Shown here: positions 1 through 7,219 of the stretch, piece by piece | Numbering within the stretch: the first letter of the stretch is position 1 | How the letters are laid out: each line of letters begins with the position of its first letter | The notes under the pieces: model-generated | Told to the model about the DNA's origin: nothing | Database searches by the model: none | What the model saw: the letters and a program-made list of their open reading frames with translations, nothing else | DNA from: Longimicrobiales bacterium | Lineage (GTDB): Bacteria > Gemmatimonadota > Gemmatimonadetes > Longimicrobiales > Gaopeijiaceae | NCBI GenBank assembly: GCA_041743405.1 | Contig: JBGTMU010000172.1 | Coordinates: 1 to 27,135, forward strand | Direction of reading: 5' to 3' | Length of the DNA: 27,135 nucleotides | Translations under genes and position numbers: made by a program

Positions 1-625
1 TGCGCCGCGGCGCGGTGACGTGGGCAGAGACGATCCCGCCGCCGGTGGTCACACGCTGCGTGAACTGCACGACGGCCGGCGGGGCTGCCCGGTCCAACAG
101 GTGCCGCACGATCCCGCCTCCGAGTCGCCTCAGTGGGAGGAGCCCAGCGTTCGGTACGTCGTTGATCGAATACCATTCCGGTGGCTTTATCTCCTCGGCA
201 GGGTCGAACCACGCGCCGTCCTGCGGCGTGCCGACCACCGACACGGGACATCGTGCCGTCACCGACTTTCGAGGCGCGAACCGCGCATGCGCCACGAGGA
301 AGTGTTCCACCCGGATTCGCCGCCCCCGATAGGATGGGAGTTCGTCGGCCACGGTGACACTGATGGAGCAGGTGTGGCTTCCGGGGAGCCAGTCGCCGAC
401 GAACAGCACCGGGGCGTGGTCGCTGTCGGTCTCGGCGCTTCCCCGCGCGGCGCGTCCGACAAGGACGAGCTGCCTGAGCGTGACGGTCAACTCGTCGCAG
501 TGGACTGGCTCGGTGACTCGGACCGTCAGGGACCCGGTGATCCGTTCCCCGGCGCGGAAGGTGCCGTCCTCCCGATCGAGCACGATCGTGACCTGGCACC
601 ATGGGTCCTGGAGTTCTTTCCCCAT
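1..625 (-). CDS. Hypothetical protein, partial (the C-terminal end runs off the left edge of the window)
   Basis: Not in the supplied ORF track because no stop codon lies inside the window. Reverse-complement translation from the ATG at 625..623 gives a clean, protein-like open frame to position 1: MGKELQDPWCQVTIVLDREDGTFRAGERITGSLTVRVTEPVHCDELTVTLRQLVLVGRAARGSAETDSDHAPVLFVGDWLPGSH... An in-frame TGA lies 9 codons upstream, so the start is ATG 625. An SD-like GAGGAA sits about 5 nt upstream on the coding strand. The overlapping plus ORF 20..658 and minus ORF 526..1692 have low-complexity Arg/Gly/Ser-rich translations and are judged spurious. No family recognised. Confidence 0.5.
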   Translation of the reverse strand, partial: MGKELQDPWCQVTIVLDREDGTFRAGERITGSLTVRVTEPVHCDELTVTLRQLVLVGRAARGSAETDSDHAPVLFVGDWLPGSHTCSISVTVADELPSYRGRRIRVEHFLVAHARFAPRKSVTARCPVSVVGTPQDGAWFDPAEEIKPPEWYSINDVPNAGLLPLRRLGGGIVRHLLDRAAPPAVVQFTQRVTTGGGIVSAHVTAPRR

Positions 626-1008
626 GCGTTCCTCGTTCGGGTAAGCCCATCAGGCTGACGAACCGTCCTTCGTGCAAAGCATACGGTGGATTGCCAGATA
701 CGGACACGGGCCGTGGAGTCGCCAGCCAGCGGTGCCGTCGGCAACCGGAGCGCCCATGCCGGAACGGCGCCTTGGGAATGGGAGCCCGTGACAGCGGTAT
801 CGATGAGGGCAGTCCATGCTGCCGGGATCGGTTCTGGCGAGCACACTGAACCATGCGTTTTGCCCGGAGAGGTTTGTTGCGGGTGGTACGAGACGAGGTC
901 TATCTTGACCCGACATTGAACACTCGATGCACCGCCTCCTTCATGCCCTTGGCATTCGGGAGCGCCGCATGTACCTCCCACGGACCAGGGATGGGGTAGA
1001 TCAGCATC

Positions 1009-3858
1009 ATGCAGAACGATCTGACCCGGTACCGGGCCGCTCTGGCCGACCGCTACGAGATCAGTCGCGAGCTGGGAACGAGTGGCTCTTCGACGGTCTA
1101 CCTGGGTCGGGAGCTTCGACACGATCGAGCCGTCGCTCTGAAGTTCATCCTTCCGACGATCGCTGGAAGCGTCGAACTGAAGCGCTTCCACCGTGAGATC
1201 CAGATCGCATCGAGGCTTCAGCACCCGAACATCCTGCCCCTTCTGGATTCGGGCGAAGTGGATGGATTGCCCTTCTTCGTGACCCCGTATGTAGAAGGTG
1301 CCAGTCTGCAGGATGTGCTGAACCGCAAGAAGACTCTTCCGGGCGACACGGTCCGCCGTATCGTCCGTGAGGTCGCAGAGGGTCTCACCTACGCCCATGC
1401 GCAGGGTGTGGTGCACCGAGATGTGAAGCCGGCAAACATCCTGCTCTCCGACGGGCACGCGATTCTGACCGACTTCGGCCTGGCGCTTCTTTCCGACAAT
1501 TCGGAGCGTCTGACGGAATCGATCAGCGGAGCCGGTGGCACCGTGCTCTACATGAGTCCCGAGCAGATGCAGGGAAGCTCGGAGCCCGATGCCCGCACGG
1601 ATGTCTACTCCCTGGCGTGCGTCGCGTACGAGATGCTCAGCGGCGAACCCCCATTCTCCGGAAGAACGGCCTGGTCGGTTCTTGCTCGTCAACAGAGCGG
1701 CCGGTTCCCCTCCCTTTCGAGCATTCGACCGGACATCCCGGCCGAAGTGGACGCGACCATCGGGAAGGCGCTGGACTTCGACCCGAGTCGGCGGTTCGCA
1801 ACCCCCCGGGCCTTTTCGGAAGCGCTCGATGCAAGCCTCGGGAAGACAGCATCCGCAGCCCCGCGAATATCGACTTCGCGGTTGATCGCCGCCGCCGTCA
1901 TGGTCGTGGTGTTCGTATCGCTGGCCGCGGTTGCGGTACTTCAGTTCGGCGGCAGTGATCCTGCACTGGATTCACAGAGCGTCATGGTGTTTCCCCTGTT
2001 TGATACCCGTGGGGAAGGCAGGAACTCGGCGGCTGGAGAGGAGGCCGCCATCATGATCGGCGCGGCCCTTGATCACGCCGGGCCGCTTCGCTGGATCGAC
2101 GGGTGGGACTGGCTGGAAGCTCCGCTCCGTTCCGACATGAGCGGCTGGACCGTGCAGCGCGGGGTGGAGATCGCTCGCAACCGAGGCTCTCGGTACCTGA
2201 TCGACGGGCGAATCATGGAGGAGGGCGACTCTACCCGAGTCCTGCTGCGTCTTCATGACGCCTCGAACGGAGAGATCGTTCGTCGCAGTCTCGTTGCGGC
2301 TCCGATGGGCGGCGAGGGCCCATCGGAGCTGGGTCGACGCGCCGTGATCGACCTCCTTCCATCCCTGATCGACGCCCGGCGGCTGGTGGGCACGGACGTG
2401 CTGACCGAGTTCGAACCTGCCGCCGTTGCGGCGTGGCTTCAGGGTGAACGCGCCTACCGCCAGTCAGACTTCGAAACCGCCCTGGACCTCTTCCAGCGCG
2501 CGGTCGGCCTCGATTCGACCATGGCGCTGGCGGCAGTCAGAGGTGCTCAGGCAGCGGGGTGGGTGCTGCGGCCTTCGATCGTGGATGCCCTGCTCACCGT
2601 CGGGCTCGAACGGGTCGAGGTCCTGCCCCTCAAGTACCGACATCTCGGAGAAGGACTCCGGAGTTACTATGCCGGGACAGGGCAGGCTGCGGTAGACCAG
2701 CTCAGGCGAGCGCTGGATCTCGATCCGACATGGAGTGACGCCCACATGGCCCTGGGCGAGGCACACTACCACCTTCTGCTGCCTGACAGCTCCGGAATCC
2801 CCGAAGCCGAGGCGGCCTTTCAGGAGGCCGTGCGGTTCGATCCGGGCTTCACCCCGGCTCTGGTTCACCTTGCCGAGCTGGCCATGGCGCGAGGAGATCA
2901 GCGGACGGCGACCGGGTTCCTCGACGAGATCCAACGCGCGGCGGGCGACGAGGTCGTGGCGGCCAGTCACCTCACTCTGATGAAGCAGTGTGCCGAGGGT
3001 GGACCGAACGACATCGACTGGCAGGGGAAGGCCACCTCCGCTCCGGCGGTTGCCCTGGAGAGCGCGCTTCGCGCCGGTGTGGGCGGTGGCCGCTCGGCCT
3101 GCGCCATCGCCGCCTTCACGGCGCTGGCCGAGACGGGACCTCCATCGTACGCCTGGGCCTCGCTTCTCGGCCGCTATTCTCATTCTCTGGCCACCGACCG
3201 GGCGGACGACGCCCGGCGCATCGTAGAGGCCGCCATCGAGTTTCCGCGACAACAGCACTACCTCGCGGTCGCCGGCACGCTGTCCGGAGCGCCGTTCTCG
3301 GACTGGGGGGAATCCGCCGTCCGCACCCTCCAGCAGGAGAGTGTCGACCCGCCGACGGCAACTCAGCTGTGGGCCGTGGGCGCTCTGCACGGTTCGAACA
3401 GCCGACCCGAGGGGACGGCGTGGGCGCTTGAAGCGGCTCGCCGCATTGCCGACACGTCTGTCGCCAGTCCGACCCACGCGCTTCTGGTCGAGGTTCTGGA
3501 AGGATGGGATGCGCTGGCCAGGGGAGACACGACCGAGGCGATCGAGCGCTTTGCCGGGCTCACCTCAGGGGACTCTCCACTCGATCTGGCCTGGGGGCTC
3601 TGGCAGTCGGTTGGGGCGGAGCGCCTGATGCTGGCACGCCTGCTGCTGGAGCGTGGGGAGTACGGTGCTGCTCTGCGCGTGGCGGGCAAGCTGGACCATC
3701 CCCAGCCCGTCATCTTTCTGGCTTACCGGCCGGAAAGTCTGCGGATCCGGGCGGATGCGGCATCAGCGCTGGGGCAGGCCAGCGTCGCCGCCGAACTGAG
3801 ACAGCGTCTCCAGAACCTTCGCGAACCCGCCACCGCAGTGACCGTCGGGTCCAACTGA
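1009..3858 (+). CDS. Hanks-type serine/threonine protein kinase, single-pass membrane protein with a large C-terminal TPR-like ectodomain
   Basis: 949 aa. Glycine-rich loop LGTSGSSTVY. Catalytic Lys in AVALKF. Catalytic loop HRDVKPANILL. DFG as TDFGLA. Activation-segment and APE-like motif GTVLYMSPEQ. One hydrophobic TM helix, LIAAAVMVVVFVSLAAVAVLQF, near residue 290. About 640 aa of helical, Ala/Leu-rich repeat sequence follow; their TPR-like character is an inference from composition and periodicity. Confidence 0.9.
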   Translation: MQNDLTRYRAALADRYEISRELGTSGSSTVYLGRELRHDRAVALKFILPTIAGSVELKRFHREIQIASRLQHPNILPLLDSGEVDGLPFFVTPYVEGASLQDVLNRKKTLPGDTVRRIVREVAEGLTYAHAQGVVHRDVKPANILLSDGHAILTDFGLALLSDNSERLTESISGAGGTVLYMSPEQMQGSSEPDARTDVYSLACVAYEMLSGEPPFSGRTAWSVLARQQSGRFPSLSSIRPDIPAEVDATIGKALDFDPSRRFATPRAFSEALDASLGKTASAAPRISTSRLIAAAVMVVVFVSLAAVAVLQFGGSDPALDSQSVMVFPLFDTRGEGRNSAAGEEAAIMIGAALDHAGPLRWIDGWDWLEAPLRSDMSGWTVQRGVEIARNRGSRYLIDGRIMEEGDSTRVLLRLHDASNGEIVRRSLVAAPMGGEGPSELGRRAVIDLLPSLIDARRLVGTDVLTEFEPAAVAAWLQGERAYRQSDFETALDLFQRAVGLDSTMALAAVRGAQAAGWVLRPSIVDALLTVGLERVEVLPLKYRHLGEGLRSYYAGTGQAAVDQLRRALDLDPTWSDAHMALGEAHYHLLLPDSSGIPEAEAAFQEAVRFDPGFTPALVHLAELAMARGDQRTATGFLDEIQRAAGDEVVAASHLTLMKQCAEGGPNDIDWQGKATSAPAVALESALRAGVGGGRSACAIAAFTALAETGPPSYAWASLLGRYSHSLATDRADDARRIVEAAIEFPRQQHYLAVAGTLSGAPFSDWGESAVRTLQQESVDPPTATQLWAVGALHGSNSRPEGTAWALEAARRIADTSVASPTHALLVEVLEGWDALARGDTTEAIERFAGLTSGDSPLDLAWGLWQSVGAERLMLARLLLERGEYGAALRVAGKLDHPQPVIFLAYRPESLRIRADAASALGQASVAAELRQRLQNLREPATAVTVGSN

Positions 3859-3872
3859 TCACCCCCCGCAAC

Positions 3873-3878
3873 GAGGAG
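3873..3878 (+). promoter_or_regulatory. Shine-Dalgarno-like GAGGAG, 8 nt upstream of the ATG at 3887
   Basis: acGAGGAGttgataccATG. Only 28 nt separate this from the kinase stop at 3858, consistent with co-transcription with the kinase. Confidence 0.5.
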
Positions 3879-3886
3879 TTGATACC

Positions 3887-4087
3887 ATGAGTCACTCAAG
3901 CGCTCACGCCCCGTCCGATCCCATTGGCCCCGGTGGACCTCCCGATGATCCCATTGGCCCCGGTGGACCTCCCGCTGATCCCATTGGTCCCGGTGGACCT
4001 CCGGCGGACCCGATTGGGCCCGGCGGCCCCCCCGCCGATCCGATCGGCCCTGGTGGTCCGCCGGCCTCGCGTCAGTCCCCGGCCTGA
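3887..4087 (+). CDS. Small Pro/Gly-rich protein of 66 aa with five tandem decapeptide repeats (DPIGPGGPPD/A)
   Basis: MSHSSAHAPS followed by 5 x DPIGPGGPP(D/A), then SRQSPA. Across the five 30-nt copies, about 18 of the 19 nucleotide differences are third-codon-position synonymous changes in this frame, and one is D to A. Both antisense frames carry non-synonymous variation. This is strong evidence that this frame is translated and conserved. A good SD lies upstream. No signal peptide. Confidence 0.6.
   Translation: MSHSSAHAPSDPIGPGGPPDDPIGPGGPPADPIGPGGPPADPIGPGGPPADPIGPGGPPASRQSPA
3917..4066 (+). repeat. 5 x 30-bp tandem repeat, in-frame within the small ORF
   Basis: Copies at 3917-3946, 3947-3976, 3977-4006, 4007-4036 and 4037-4066. 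Copies 1 and 2 are nearly identical; copies 3 to 5 diverge at wobble positions only. Confidence 0.9.
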
Positions 4088-4539
4088 GGCGTCCGGACCG
4101 ATCGCCCATCCCACATCGGGAGAGTGAAGGTGAAAAGCGGAAGAAGTATGGCGCCGACAAGCGGGTCCAACGCGGCGAAGGGCGCCCTTCCCAGTGACAC
4201 CGCCCAGACCAGGAAGCACGCCGTCGAGAGGAACAGCTGCTTTCGCCTCTCCACGCCTTCCACCCGGTACAGGTAGACGGGGGTGAGCACGAGCAGCAGT
4301 CCGAAGACCGCAGCGGGCCAGTGCCAGGTCAGACCACGACTTGCGAGGATACCGCCGATCGTGAGATAGACGGCGATCACCTCCGACGGGACATACTTGA
4401 CGAGCCGGGCCGTGTAGTCGTCAGGGGTTACGCTGGCAATCGGCGGAGCCCCGGGTGCCCCCCCCATGTCTGACATTGGAGCGGGGCCGCGACCGCGGCG
4501 AATATCCAGGTCCTGCGCGGTGATCACCTGCCGTGACAT
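4072..4539 (-). CDS. Small integral membrane protein (about 155 aa, about 4 TM helices), hypothetical
   Basis: An internal start MSRQVITAQDL... at 4539 is preferred over the ORF-track start at 4710. A GGAGG motif lies 5 nt upstream (revcomp cGGAGGcgacaATG), and the sequence between 4539 and 4710 gives a low-complexity translation. Hydrophobic helices include VIAVYLTIGGILA, AAVFGLLLVLTPVYLY, LFLSTACFLVWAVSLG and LVGAILLPLFTFTLPM. The cytoplasmic N-terminus contains GGAPGAPPIAS. The 3' end converges on the repeat ORF and overlaps it by 16 nt. Confidence 0.5.
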   Translation of the reverse strand: MSRQVITAQDLDIRRGRGPAPMSDMGGAPGAPPIASVTPDDYTARLVKYVPSEVIAVYLTIGGILASRGLTWHWPAAVFGLLLVLTPVYLYRVEGVERRKQLFLSTACFLVWAVSLGRAPFAALDPLVGAILLPLFTFTLPMWDGRSVRTPQAGD

Positions 4540-4715
4540 TGTCGCCTCCGGTCTGGGTAGTCGGCAGTCGACAAGATGACGCACGGATCGCCGAACTGCA
4601 AAGCGGTTCTCTGGAGAGTCGCCCGGGGGGGCCTCCTCCTCGCGGCCACACCGCCTGGACGGTATGCTGAGGCCAGGGTGAAGGGAGCCTGAACTCGGGG
4701 AAGGAGACACCTGGA

Positions 4716-5471
4716 ATGTCGAAGTCGCTGAAGACCTGCTTCGATCGGTATCCCGCCGATGAGCACCTGGTACGAGCTGCGGAGCTGGCGATTGCCGAGA
4801 ACGTCCGGAATGCCCCCGATCTGTCGGGTGAGTTGCCGGCTGAGGAGCTCGCCCTCGTCACCGGAAAGCTCTGGAAGAACGGCCGCAGGCTCAGAGTTGC
4901 ATTCCTGGATGGTCACGACGAGGTAAAGGCCCGCATCGAGCCGATCGCCCGGGAGTGGAGTGAGCACGCGAACATCGAATTCGACTTCGGCAACCATGCC
5001 GAGGCCGAGATCCGGATCTCGTTCGAGCTTGCGGGTTCCTGGTCCTATCTTGGAACGGACGCCCTTACGCTCGACCCCGAAGCGGCGACCATGAACTTCG
5101 GATGGCTGCGACCGGACTCCGGCGAGGCCGACTACCAGCGCGTCGTGCTGCATGAATTCGGGCATGCCCTGGCCTGCATCCACGAGCATCAGAATCCGGC
5201 AGGCGGAATTCCCTGGGATGTGGACAAGGTCTACGCCCACTACGGCGGTCCCCCTAACAACTGGCCCAAGGCGCAGGTGCACCGAAACCTCCTTCTCAGG
5301 TACGAGGAGGGGCTGACCTCGCATACCGAGTTCGATCCAGACTCGATCATGCTCTACCCGATCCCTGCGGAGCTCACCATCGGGGGCTTCGAGGTGGGCT
5401 GGAATACAGCTCTGTCGAAGACGGACCGCAAGATGATCGCGAGGATGTACCCCAAGCCGACAAGTCAGTGA
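4716..5471 (+). CDS. Astacin-like metzincin zinc metallopeptidase, with no signal peptide (predicted cytoplasmic)
   Basis: 251 aa. Extended zinc-binding motif HEFGHALACIHEH, which is HExxHxxxxxHE with astacin spacing. Met-turn SIMLYP; compare astacin SIMHY, where the Tyr two residues after the Met is the fifth zinc ligand. The N-terminus MSKSLKTCFDRYPADEHLV is not hydrophobic. A good SD (AAGGAG) lies 9 nt upstream. Confidence 0.85.
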   Translation: MSKSLKTCFDRYPADEHLVRAAELAIAENVRNAPDLSGELPAEELALVTGKLWKNGRRLRVAFLDGHDEVKARIEPIAREWSEHANIEFDFGNHAEAEIRISFELAGSWSYLGTDALTLDPEAATMNFGWLRPDSGEADYQRVVLHEFGHALACIHEHQNPAGGIPWDVDKVYAHYGGPPNNWPKAQVHRNLLLRYEEGLTSHTEFDPDSIMLYPIPAELTIGGFEVGWNTALSKTDRKMIARMYPKPTSQ

Positions 5472-7159
5472 TTGCGAACGACTTCATTGCCGAACTCAGG
5501 GCGGCTCTGGAGGCACGAGAGCACGACCGTGTTCGCGGGATGTGCCGTGGGCTGGCGGACGACCTGCGTGCCGGATCGGTGGAGGTGACCGAGAGGGACG
5601 CCGGTCGCATTCTGGCCTTCCTGAAGGCGAATCGCTGTTTCCGTGAGCTGGTGGGCGTGAGCGCTGTCATGTCGCGGACCTGGCCGGACAGTCCCCGGAT
5701 CCGAAGGCTCCATGCGCAGGGCCTCATCGAAGAAGGGCATCGATCTGACCAGCCCGAGTTGCTCGACCAGGCGCTGGACCTGCTGGAGCGCGCCGTGTCC
5801 GAGCCGGATGTGCCGCCCGATGAGCTTGACGAAGCCTGGGGTCTGATCGGTCGGGTTCACAAGCAGTTCTATGTTTCGTCGGTCCGCTCGTCCGCTGGCC
5901 CCCGGATCGAGTCGATGAATTCCGCCCTGGCGGCGTACGCCCACGGATGGGAACGGAGTCGCGAGACCTGGCACGGGATCAATCTTGTCGCCCTGCTTGC
6001 TCGCGCGCGCCGCGACGGACTGAAGCCCGAATCGCCCTGGGACGATGGCATGCTTGCCCGGGAGATTCTGGCCCGGATCGAGGAGCGCATGGACGATGGC
6101 AAGGCCGATCTCTGGGACTACGCGACCGCCATGGAGGCGTCGCTCGCGCTGGATGATGCCCCCACGGCCATCGCCATGGCGGAGACATATGTCCGCACCG
6201 GACTCGCTGCCGGCCGAGACGAGTTCGAGTTCGCATCAACTCTCCGGCAACTGAAGGAGATCTGGGAACTCGACCCCGACGGCCCGGCGGGCGCCGCCAT
6301 CCTTCCCATGCTCGAAGCCGTAGTGCTGGACCGGGGGCTGCGGAGTCCGGACGGGAGCGGTTCTGTCGCGCTCGAGTCGATGTCGGTCCACAGGATTCGG
6401 TCTGCGGAAACCTTCACGCGTCTGGAGCGTGTCTTCGGCTCGGACGCTTTCGTCACGACGCGGTGGCTGAACCTGCTCTTCGATCGTCTCCAGGCCATCG
6501 GCTCCGTGACGACCCGATCGGGGCGGGGGGTCGGCACCGGGTTCATGGTTCGGGGTCCAGTTCTTTCCACCGAGCTCGGGGACGACTGGTACTTCATCAC
6601 GAACAGCCATGTGGTTACGGACGACGAGGCCGTGATCGAGAAGGCTCCGCCCGGTCGCCAGCCATGCCGACCTCGCGAGGTCCGCATCACCTTCGAACTC
6701 CTGTTCGAACAGGAGCCGCGCGAGTACGGCGTGGCGGAGGTGATCTGGTCCTCGCCGCCGGAGGAATGCGACGTCTCCATCCTCCGGCTCGATGGCGACT
6801 TCTACGAGGACGGAGTCGAGTCCTATCCGGTCTCCTTTCAGCTTCCCCACCCGAGCACCCGACCACGGCTGTACATCGCCGGGCACCCCGGCGGGGGGAG
6901 TCTTCAGGTCTCGATGCACGACAACCATCTCATCGACTTCGATGATCTTCGGATACAGTACCGGACCCCGACCAATCCCGGGAGCTCGGGCAGTCCCGTA
7001 TTCAATGACGAGTGGGACCTGGTTGGGGTACATCACGCGGGTTCAGCCGAGATGCCTCGCCTCGATGGCTCGGGCGCGCACGAGGCGAATCAAGGTGTGC
7101 GGCTCACGGCGATTCTTGCGGCTCTGGAGCAGGTCCTGAGGGCGCGTCGGAGGGGGTAG
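5468..7159 (+). CDS. Two-domain protein: an N-terminal all-alpha TPR-like domain (about 330 aa) fused to a C-terminal trypsin-like (S1/Trypsin_2) serine protease
   Basis: 563 aa. GTG start overlaps the metzincin stop (GTGA), indicating translational coupling. C-terminal catalytic triad candidates: His in YFITNSHVV, Asp in ECDVSILRLD, Ser in TNPGSSGSPVF followed by GVHHAG. The N-terminal half is helical and Leu/Ala/Arg/Glu/Asp-rich with no TM helix or signal peptide. Its resemblance to DUF4071 or TPR-like sensor domains is an inference. Confidence 0.85.
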   Translation: MIANDFIAELRAALEAREHDRVRGMCRGLADDLRAGSVEVTERDAGRILAFLKANRCFRELVGVSAVMSRTWPDSPRIRRLHAQGLIEEGHRSDQPELLDQALDLLERAVSEPDVPPDELDEAWGLIGRVHKQFYVSSVRSSAGPRIESMNSALAAYAHGWERSRETWHGINLVALLARARRDGLKPESPWDDGMLAREILARIEERMDDGKADLWDYATAMEASLALDDAPTAIAMAETYVRTGLAAGRDEFEFASTLRQLKEIWELDPDGPAGAAILPMLEAVVLDRGLRSPDGSGSVALESMSVHRIRSAETFTRLERVFGSDAFVTTRWLNLLFDRLQAIGSVTTRSGRGVGTGFMVRGPVLSTELGDDWYFITNSHVVTDDEAVIEKAPPGRQPCRPREVRITFELLFEQEPREYGVAEVIWSSPPEECDVSILRLDGDFYEDGVESYPVSFQLPHPSTRPRLYIAGHPGGGSLQVSMHDNHLIDFDDLRIQYRTPTNPGSSGSPVFNDEWDLVGVHHAGSAEMPRLDGSGAHEANQGVRLTAILAALEQVLRARRRG

Positions 7160-7219
7160 ATGGAGCCTGAAGGGAGAGCGGCGGACGATCGATCCGTCCT
7201 TGAACCCGAGAGGGGTTGA

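Noticed and set aside
20-658. 212-aa plus-strand ORF at the left edge
   Set aside because: Its composition is Arg/Gly/Pro/Asp-biased and it has no motifs. The opposite-strand frame 1..625 is protein-like with an SD-like sequence. Both cannot be real, so the minus gene is preferred.
526-1692. 388-aa minus-strand ORF overlapping the kinase N-terminus
   Set aside because: It overlaps the unambiguous kinase catalytic domain in antisense. The non-overlapping part is low-complexity sequence (RSSGEWGF..., many R/G/S/T). An alternative minus-strand frame (1..625) gives a far more protein-like product.
3723-4219. Minus-strand ORFs 3723..4160 and 3896..4219 across the 30-bp tandem repeat
   Set aside because: In these frames the repeat copies differ non-synonymously (for example HRDQWDQREV, HRGQWDHREV). 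In the plus frame the differences are almost all synonymous, so the plus frame is the selected one.
7184-7199. GGACG-ATCGATC-CGTCC hairpin in the convergent gap between the trypsin-like gene and the amidohydrolase gene
   Set aside because: The inverted repeat is visible, but the stem is only 5 bp and no U-tract follows. I cannot support calling it an intrinsic terminator.
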